From: Gemmatimonadales bacterium
Lineage (GTDB): Bacteria > Gemmatimonadota > Gemmatimonadetes > Gemmatimonadales > GWC2-71-9
DNA: 64,000 bases
Assembly: GCA_041577295.1 (NCBI GenBank)
Contig: JBFGJG010000003.1
Span: 145,069-209,068, forward strand
Direction of reading: 5' to 3'
Below the pieces are notes generated by a model that did no database searches, was not told the origin of the DNA, and saw nothing but the letters and a program-made list of their open reading frames with translations. Position 1 is the stretch's first letter. Each line of letters starts with the position of its first letter. Positions 57,244-64,000 of the stretch are shown here, piece after piece. The position numbers and the translations under genes were made by a program.

Positions 57244-58186
57244 AACGGTCCAGCTCCGCGTTCAGCAGCTGAATTCGCTCGTCGGGCGAGCACCCGAGCA
57301 CCTGTCGCAAGTCGTCGTAGCGTGGCCGGGACTCGTTGCGGTAGAACAACCCCAGGCGAAGCTTCTCGCCATCCTCCCCAAGTTGACGTGCACGATCCAG
57401 ATCGTTCGGGTCGTGCCGGATCTGGTGCTTGTACAGGTTCTCGATCTCCGACGCGGCACTCCCGCTCTCGTGCACGAGGAGTTCGGTGAGATTGGGGTTA
57501 CGCGCAGCTTCCGAGAACAGTGAGGCCGTGTATTGAGGACACCGCTGGAGCACGCGGACGAACGCAAACCCCGGATGGTGAAAGGCGGCGCGGATTGTGG
57601 CAAACATGTGCGGTGGTACCCAATCGGCCGTTTGCGCCACGAAAGACGCGTTGGTCACACCGAGGGTTGCCGCGATGGGATTGAGCGCTGCGAGGTAGCT
57701 TCCCCGCGGTTGCGTGTTGGTGGCGAATCCCTGAGGTGTCGTGGGCGACGTCTGGTTCTTGGTGAGCCCGTATACTTCGTTGTCGAGCATCAACGCCACC
57801 ATGTTCACGTTGTACCGTATTGCATGGATCCAGTGACCCGCTCCAATAGAGCAGCAGTCGCCATCACCCATGACGGCAAAAACGTGGAGATCGGGGCGCC
57901 GGAGTTTGACGCCCGTTGCGACGGGTAGTGCTCGACCATGGAGACCGTGGAAGCCATACGTGCTCAGGTAATGCGGAAACCGGCTCGAGCACCCAATTCC
58001 CGACACGAACACGGTCTTTTCCGGTGGGAGCTGTTCCGCCTCCAGAAGCCGCTCTACCGCAGCGAGCACCGCGTGGTCCCCGCAACCGGGACACCATCTT
58101 GCGACGGGACCTGCATAGTCTTGCATCGAGAAGTCCCGATCGTCTTCGAGGACGTAAGACAGAAGCGAGCAACCAGACTCACTCAT
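57233..58186 (-). CDS. korB: 2-oxoacid:ferredoxin oxidoreductase beta subunit (KorB-like)
   Basis: WCPGCGD, SGIGCSSR, HGLHGRA, GDGD, YGLTKNQTSPT; substrate not determinable from sequence. Confidence 0.9.
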   Translation of the reverse strand: MSESGCSLLSYVLEDDRDFSMQDYAGPVARWCPGCGDHAVLAAVERLLEAEQLPPEKTVFVSGIGCSSRFPHYLSTYGFHGLHGRALPVATGVKLRRPDLHVFAVMGDGDCCSIGAGHWIHAIRYNVNMVALMLDNEVYGLTKNQTSPTTPQGFATNTQPRGSYLAALNPIAATLGVTNASFVAQTADWVPPHMFATIRAAFHHPGFAFVRVLQRCPQYTASLFSEAARNPNLTELLVHESGSAASEIENLYKHQIRHDPNDLDRARQLGEDGEKLRLGLFYRNESRPRYDDLRQVLGCSPDERIQLLNAELDRYAV

Positions 58187-60099
58187 ACCGCAGCCTCCTG
58201 CGACACACGCTCCCGAATAGCGTGGAGAATTTTTCCAGGCCTGAGCGGTTGACCCGGAACACGAGTCCAACAGTCGACATCCACCAGCGTTACGGCCCGC
58301 AGCAGCCACGCGAGCTGGCCACGCCGGCGATTCTCGGGAGTAATGAACGCCGCGTCCGCGCGGTCGCTGTAGTTGATCTCCACCGTCATGACCTTGCGAA
58401 ATCGACGAAACAACTCACCCAACCCTGGCTCCAGCGGCGAGAGGAATCGCAGATGCAGAGACGACACCGCGAGCCCGTCGGCGCGTGCCCGATCGATAGC
58501 CTCCTCAATCGCCCCTTTCGTACTGCCCCACCCAACCACGAGCAGATCACCCTCCGCGGCACCATAGACCGTTGGCGATCGCAAGATCCGCTGAAGTGCC
58601 GCAATCTTTCGGCTGCGCATCTCGCACCCCCGCTGGTGCACGTCGGGGTCGTAGGCCACCCGGCCCTCTTCGTCGTGCGAGAGTCCTGTCACGGTGAACA
58701 TCCCGTCGACCTGGCCCGGAACCCACCGGCTGGACAGACCCGTCTGTGAATCCCACCCATAGGGACGGGAATCATCGGGCACGGGCGCGAGTGTTGGATC
58801 GGCGCCCTGCCAAAGTGAGTGGAGCTCCGGTCGCGGGAACGGCTGGACACCCGTTGCGAGATTGGCGTCCGACAAGACGATGACGGGGCACCGAAAGACC
58901 TCCGCGAGCCGCCGCGCCGTCGTCATCACCTGAAATGCCTCTTCGATGGTGGCTGGGGCGACGACCACGTGTGGCGCGTCGCCGGGCTGCCCGAAGATCG
59001 CGGCAAGCAGATCGGACTGCTCGACCTTCGTTGGCAACCCCGTGCTGGGTCCGCCACGTTGAACGTCCAGCACGACCAATGGAATCTCGGTCATCACGGC
59101 CAGCCCGAGAAACTCCGTCTTGAGCGCGAGCCCAGGCCCGGAAGTAACCGTGAACGCCACCTTGCCGGCATACGACGCACCGATCGCCACGCCAGCAGCC
59201 GCGATTTCATCCTCCGCTTGATGTACGATCCCACCAAACCGTTCGAAGATCTCCCCGAGGTAGTGGGAAACCGATGTGGCCGGCGTGATGGGATACATCG
59301 CGCACAGTTCCATCCCGGCAGCCACGGCACCCAAGGCGGCCGCCTGGTTGCCATTCATGACGACCATCGGCCGACTCGGAGCAGTGCACGGGACCTCGAT
59401 GCGGAACTCGATGTTATCACGGGCCCATTGGCACCCGAGCTCAAACAGTTGGAGGTTGGTCTCGATCACGTGCTCCGCTTTCTTGCGGAACTGGCGTTGA
59501 ATCAGCTCGCGCGCCTTGGCAACATCCCTCCCGTAAATCGTCACTAAGACACCGAGCGCGAACATGTTCTTGCCCAGGCGGGGGTTGTCGACGACGCTCA
59601 GGCACTGTTCCTCCATCGGCACTCTGATGATTTGATACGCCCGCTGCCCGAGCTCTTCCATGGCGGCGTCCCACGCCCCACGGATTTCCGCGTCGGGGTG
59701 TGTCGCCCACTGGTCTTCAATGAGGACGATAGCGTTCTCGGCGAGAGCATCCATCCGGTGGCGAGCGAGCAACACCTGCTCGTTGAAGGCCACCACGAGG
59801 TTCGCCGCGTCTCCCCAATTCGTGATCGGATCGGTCCCGATACGAATGCGGTTGCCGCTGGCACTCGCAGGCGTGCGCGCGGGCGGTTGGATCTCCGCGG
59901 GGATGATCTCTACGGTCCACACGCCATTGCCCATTCTCGCGGAGACGAGACCGAAGAGCTGGCCACACTTTTGTGCGCCTTCCCCGGCATCGCTCACGAC
60001 CTCGACAATGTGCTCGGGGAGACGGGTCACATGAGGGGCACTCGAGTTGGAACTATCTGCGACCGTCGGAGTCGCTGCTGGAGGCATGGCCGTGGACAT
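58183..60099 (-). CDS. korA: 2-oxoacid:ferredoxin oxidoreductase alpha subunit (fused gamma-alpha, KorA-like)
   Basis: DAGEGAQ, PAEI, NGNQA, YPITPA, QAEDEIAA, TSGPG, QRGGPSTGLPTK, GWGST. Confidence 0.92.
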   Translation of the reverse strand: MSTAMPPAATPTVADSSNSSAPHVTRLPEHIVEVVSDAGEGAQKCGQLFGLVSARMGNGVWTVEIIPAEIQPPARTPASASGNRIRIGTDPITNWGDAANLVVAFNEQVLLARHRMDALAENAIVLIEDQWATHPDAEIRGAWDAAMEELGQRAYQIIRVPMEEQCLSVVDNPRLGKNMFALGVLVTIYGRDVAKARELIQRQFRKKAEHVIETNLQLFELGCQWARDNIEFRIEVPCTAPSRPMVVMNGNQAAALGAVAAGMELCAMYPITPATSVSHYLGEIFERFGGIVHQAEDEIAAAGVAIGASYAGKVAFTVTSGPGLALKTEFLGLAVMTEIPLVVLDVQRGGPSTGLPTKVEQSDLLAAIFGQPGDAPHVVVAPATIEEAFQVMTTARRLAEVFRCPVIVLSDANLATGVQPFPRPELHSLWQGADPTLAPVPDDSRPYGWDSQTGLSSRWVPGQVDGMFTVTGLSHDEEGRVAYDPDVHQRGCEMRSRKIAALQRILRSPTVYGAAEGDLLVVGWGSTKGAIEEAIDRARADGLAVSSLHLRFLSPLEPGLGELFRRFRKVMTVEINYSDRADAAFITPENRRRGQLAWLLRAVTLVDVDCWTRVPGQPLRPGKILHAIRERVSQEAAV

Positions 60100-60392
60100 C
60101 GTCGGCCTTTCCACTTGTGAGTAGCGCAAATGCACCATGTCCTGCCGTGGATGACGACGAGCCCTTACGAGACGAATCGGGACTCGATTTCAAACGCGTG
60201 ACTGACTGCTGAGGCTCGCCGCCAAACGAGCGTCGGAATGACCCGACAGCCGGTAGCTAACACGTTGAACCCCAGGGGAATTTCTAGAACTGGTGAAGAT
60301 CTCTTCAGAGGAGCTGCGTCCGTGCGCGGCCACCCTTCTCCAAGTAATTTTCAGGATCTCACGAGGCTCGGCCCAGACTGCGAGAGGATCCT

Positions 60393-62267
60393 ATGCGTGG
60401 ATCGCTACTGCGCTGCACCCTGAGCGCCCTTGCGCTCACCCTGACCGCCGCGACAACGCCTTCTAGTCCGCTCCTGGCCCAGCGCACCGTTAAACCCGTC
60501 CTCCACGGGCAGCACTGGCTGGCAATCACTGGCAAACCGCTCGGGGCAACCGCCGGTGCGATGATGTTCCAGCGCGGGGGCAACGCGGTCGACGCAGCCG
60601 TCGCCATGCTGGCGGCTACCGCAACCATGTGGGATGTCCTGAGTTGGGGTGGGGAGACCCAAGCCCTGATCTACAACCCCACCACCAAGCAAGTCATTGG
60701 CATCAACGCGCTCGGGGTCGCTCCATCCGGGGCAACTCCCGGAGCCTATCGCGAACGAGGGCTCGAGTACCCACCAGAGTACGGCCCGTTGGCTGCGGTG
60801 ACGCCCGGTACCCCCGGGGGTCTATTCGTGATGCTGGCCGACTACGGAACGCTGAGCTTGGAAGAGGTACTCGCTCCGGCGATTCAAATGGCCGACGGGT
60901 ACCCCATCGAAGCGCAGGCGGCGGATGCGATCGAGCGCCATAAGGAGCGCATAAAGCAGTGGAAATACTCCCGTCAGGTTTACCTCACCCATCCCGGTGC
61001 CGAACGGGAGGCACCGAATCCGGGCGAGATCTTCCGCCAGCCGGACCTCGCCGCGACGCTCCGCAAGCTGGTCGCTGCCGAGCAACAGGCGCTCGCCGCC
61101 GGCAAGAGCCGTCGCGACGCGATCTCTGCAGCGTACGATCGGTTTTACAAAGGCGACATCGCGAAGGAGTTCGTCCGCGGCGCCCGCGAGGAGGGTGCCC
61201 TGATCACCATGGAGGATCTCGCGAACTGGCAGGTATACGTCGAGCAGCCGGTATCGACGAACTACAAGGGGATCGAGGTCTACAAGCTGACCACCTGGGT
61301 ACAAGGCCCCGTCATGCTGCAGGCATTGAACATCCTCGAGAATTTTGACCTCACGAGCATGGGCTACAACACCACCAGATACATCCATACGCTGTACCAG
61401 ACGATGAACCTGGCCTTTGCCGACCGGGATTTCTATTACGGCGATCCATACTACCCGCCCGAGGAGCCCGTGGAAGGCCTGCTGTCAAAGGAATACGCCA
61501 GACAGCAGGCGAGCCGGATCAACTGGAACCGGAACGATCCCGCTGTCAAACCAGGGGATCCCTACCCCTTCATGGGCCAATCGAACCCGTACCTCCACTT
61601 GCTCGAACAGTGGCCTCGCGGTGTGCCGGCGACCACGAGTGCGTCGCTCCCGGCTTCCGATCGTGCATTCGAGGAGACGTTCTACCGGGGGACAACCTCT
61701 ATCCAAGCCGCCGACAAGGAGGGTTGGGTGGTGTCCATCACACCGAGCGGCGGCTGGATCCCGGCCGTAATCGCGGGCCGCACGGGGGTCGGGCTCAGCC
61801 AACGGGCCCAGAGCTTTGTGCTGGACGAGGTCGAAAACCCGTTCAATGTGATGGAGCCGGGGAAGCGGCCCCGAGCGACCCTGACACCCGGCATGGCGCT
61901 CAAGGATGGCCGCCCGTTTCTCTCCTTCGCCGTTCAGGGCGGTGACACGCAGGATCAGAACCTCCTGCAATTCTTCCTCAACGTGGTGGAGTTCGGAATG
62001 AACGTGCAGGAGGCGGCCGAGGCGGCCAACATCACGAGTTACCAACTGCGCAACTCGTTCGATGACCACAGGTCCCGGCCCGGGCGGCTCACACTGAACG
62101 AGGCAGTCCCACCGTGGGTTCGGACACAACTCGAGACGATGGGCTACGATATCGATGTTCGCCCGCTTACCTCGGGCCCCATCAACGCCATCTACTTCGA
62201 CTGGGCACAAGGCAGCTTCTGGGGTGGCTCGAGCAACTATGGGGAGGACTACGGGATAGCGTGGTAG
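60393..62267 (+). CDS. ggt: Gamma-glutamyltransferase family protein (secreted)
   Basis: GGNAVDAA, FYKGDIA, LAFADRD, autoprocessing Thr in GTTSIQAAD, PGKRP, GGDTQ. Confidence 0.9.
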   Translation: MRGSLLRCTLSALALTLTAATTPSSPLLAQRTVKPVLHGQHWLAITGKPLGATAGAMMFQRGGNAVDAAVAMLAATATMWDVLSWGGETQALIYNPTTKQVIGINALGVAPSGATPGAYRERGLEYPPEYGPLAAVTPGTPGGLFVMLADYGTLSLEEVLAPAIQMADGYPIEAQAADAIERHKERIKQWKYSRQVYLTHPGAEREAPNPGEIFRQPDLAATLRKLVAAEQQALAAGKSRRDAISAAYDRFYKGDIAKEFVRGAREEGALITMEDLANWQVYVEQPVSTNYKGIEVYKLTTWVQGPVMLQALNILENFDLTSMGYNTTRYIHTLYQTMNLAFADRDFYYGDPYYPPEEPVEGLLSKEYARQQASRINWNRNDPAVKPGDPYPFMGQSNPYLHLLEQWPRGVPATTSASLPASDRAFEETFYRGTTSIQAADKEGWVVSITPSGGWIPAVIAGRTGVGLSQRAQSFVLDEVENPFNVMEPGKRPRATLTPGMALKDGRPFLSFAVQGGDTQDQNLLQFFLNVVEFGMNVQEAAEAANITSYQLRNSFDDHRSRPGRLTLNEAVPPWVRTQLETMGYDIDVRPLTSGPINAIYFDWAQGSFWGGSSNYGEDYGIAW

Positions 62268-62311
62268 GCGATCCGCGTCCCGACCACGTGGTCGCCGCGA
62301 CGTCTCCAACC

Positions 62312-62989
62312 ATGACCCGCAGGATGCGACGCTGGCTGCGCCATCCCATCGCCCCGGCGTCGTGGGACCGTCTGCTCTGGGCAAGCGGGATCGTGGCGTT
62401 GGGTGGGATTCTCGCCATGGCCTTCGCACCTACCATCAGTGACCTCGCCGTCTTTTTCTCGATTTCGCTTCTGATCAACGGCCCGTACGGCGGGCTCCTG
62501 CCCACCGCGTATGAGCCGATCGTCATGGTGTTTGCCCGGCTGCACCACCCGCTGCTCATAGGGCTGATCGGTGCTGTGGCGGCCACGCTGGTCGAGTATG
62601 TCAACTACCATGTGTTCCACGTTGCCTTACACTCTGACCTGGCCACGAGACTGCGCGAATCGCGGCTCGCCCGCCGCGTCCTCGAGTGGTTCCGGGTGGC
62701 GCCCTTCGCCACCGTCACCGGCTGCGCCATCGCGCCTGTTCCTTTCTGGATTGCGCGCGGCGCGGCCACATTGGCGTCATACCCCATCCGGAAACACCTT
62801 GCGGCCTCGGGACTCGGCCGATTCGTTCGGCTCAGCTTCTACGGGTATCTGGGGACCGTCATTCGGCTCTCAAACGCAATGATTCTGCTGTTTGGCGCAG
62901 TGCTCACCCTAGCCCTCCTTGCCTTCATTCTCCATAGGGCGCGCCGGATTCCCGGCCGAATCCACCCAGAGGCCGTCGAACTCGCATAA
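62312..62989 (+). CDS. DedA/VTT-like membrane protein
   Basis: Multi-TM; APVPFW...LGRFVR resembles the DedA F/YxxxR region. Confidence 0.65.
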   Translation: MTRRMRRWLRHPIAPASWDRLLWASGIVALGGILAMAFAPTISDLAVFFSISLLINGPYGGLLPTAYEPIVMVFARLHHPLLIGLIGAVAATLVEYVNYHVFHVALHSDLATRLRESRLARRVLEWFRVAPFATVTGCAIAPVPFWIARGAATLASYPIRKHLAASGLGRFVRLSFYGYLGTVIRLSNAMILLFGAVLTLALLAFILHRARRIPGRIHPEAVELA

Positions 62990-63281
62990 CCGCCGCCTTC
63001 CACGAGATGGCGCGTGGACGACGCCTCGCATCAGAACGCTCCTGCGGCATCCACACCACATAGTGTTGCGGCTATACAGGCAGGTATTGCCCATTTTAAG
63101 GACACGTATCGTGGTTGACAGCCAACAGAATCCCCCCCAGCCCTGAGACTTCCTTTAATAGCGCTGCCCTGGCGCATCGCCCTGATGGGCTTGGGACTTG
63201 CAAAGCCCCACATCGCCGTTCTGCCGGTCCGACACCTCAGGTGAGCGTGTCCCGGCAGCTTGCGATGACTCGAATTCTGTG

Positions 63282-64000
63282 ATGGGGACAATGCACTTCT
63301 GGTTGGCACAACGACGCCGCGCCCTGCTCCTCGGTGTTGGATTAGCTGTCGGATTCGTCAATTGTGGCGAACAGGACGTGGGTCCAAGCGACCCGCGCTC
63401 CGAGTTGGACGTGAAGGTCACGACGACCGGCGACGACGTCGATGGTGACGGCTACATGGTCACCCTCGATGGGGGCGCCGCTCGTCCGATCGGAGCCAAC
63501 GGGACCGTCACGTTCCCCCAGGTGACCGCTGGGAGTCATCGGGTAGAACTTTCGGGCATCGCGCCGAACTGCGGCGTAAGCGGAGCGAACCCGCGCTCGG
63601 TCACCGTGATCGCGAGCAGTAAGGCATCTTTGACCATGGTGGTCTCCTGTTCCCCTCTGGTGGGCGCGCTCGAGGCGAGCGTCGCCACGGCGGGAGCGGA
63701 CTTCGATCCCGATGGTTATGTCGTCACCATCAGCCCAATGGACCCCCCCGCGACCACCACCGCTCCCGCACAGGCCTCCGCGTCAGCCGTTTCGGCTGCC
63801 GAGCAGAAGAGACCCCGGCGTGCGCGATTGACGGCCGTGCCAGCGGCTGGAACAGCGGGCACCGCAACGGCTGCTCAACCCCCATCCACCCAAATGCAGA
63901 GCGCGCCCATCGGGGTGAACGGGACCGTGATGTTCGAAGATCTCGATCCTGGCGCGTACACCATTGAGCTCACGGGTCTGGCCACCAACTGCTCGGTTCA
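63282..64000 (+). CDS. Partial secreted/lipoprotein with repeated Ig-like (carboxypeptidase-regulatory-like) domains, runs off window end
   Basis: Not in the ORF track because it has no stop. Manual translation: signal ...VGFVNC, repeat 1 TTGDDVDGDGY...IGANGTV...LSGIAPNC, repeat 2 TAGADFDPDGY...IGVNGTV...LTGLATNC. Confidence 0.8.
   Translation, partial: MGTMHFWLAQRRRALLLGVGLAVGFVNCGEQDVGPSDPRSELDVKVTTTGDDVDGDGYMVTLDGGAARPIGANGTVTFPQVTAGSHRVELSGIAPNCGVSGANPRSVTVIASSKASLTMVVSCSPLVGALEASVATAGADFDPDGYVVTISPMDPPATTTAPAQASASAVSAAEQKRPRRARLTAVPAAGTAGTATAAQPPSTQMQSAPIGVNGTVMFEDLDPGAYTIELTGLATNCSV

Noticed and set aside
60225..60280. ACCCGACAGC...AGCTAAC resembling the 3' end of a c-di-AMP (ydaO) riboswitch
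   Set aside because: The motif is interrupted and the upstream conserved elements (GCTGAATCC, GGGGAA, GGGGTGAA) are not present in the right order.
63170..63210. Resemblance to a c-di-GMP-I riboswitch (GGGAC..GCAAAGCC)
   Set aside because: Lacks the GGCAAA...GAAA P2 architecture; kept only as an unnamed structured leader.
1..64000. Search for tRNA, rRNA, CRISPR repeats, transposases, integrases and phage genes
   Set aside because: None recognised by eye, and no composition shift suggesting an island was apparent. Not computationally verified.

Overview
GC-rich bacterial chromosomal window with about 56 protein-coding genes. I found no rRNA, tRNA, CRISPR array or mobile element. The gene repertoire (PadR plus ADOP-type permease, a GWxTD-like protein, an Ig-like repeat lipoprotein) suggests Gemmatimonadota or a related lineage; this is inference only. 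From left to right: (1) the 5' part of a Mo-hydroxylase / aerobic-type CO dehydrogenase cluster (xdhC, mocA, xdhC-YHS, coxD, coxE, partial coxM); (2) a yheT-osmC-DUF971-ydjM-like operon; (3) an ABC/FtsX/AttH-like triad and a peptidase-propeller-Omp85 protein; (4) assorted envelope, stress and regulatory genes; (5) addBA, where both nuclease domains keep Fe-S-type cysteines; (6) a BON-like protein and two membrane-anchored coiled-coil/HhH proteins, with a structured non-coding region upstream; (7) PadR-ADOP; (8) the main highlight, a 14.3-kb tightly coupled operon: korA, korB, a degenerate PFOR-domain paralog, rnfB, a giant PFOR-ferredoxin fusion, rnfCDGEA and a small Cys-rich membrane protein. 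This operon interleaves two 2-oxoacid:ferredoxin oxidoreductases with an Rnf complex. (9) ggt, a DedA/VTT-like protein and a partial repeat lipoprotein. Several ORF-track starts were trimmed to more plausible starts using RBS position and stop/start overlaps. All family assignments are from motif recognition by eye; no searches were run.
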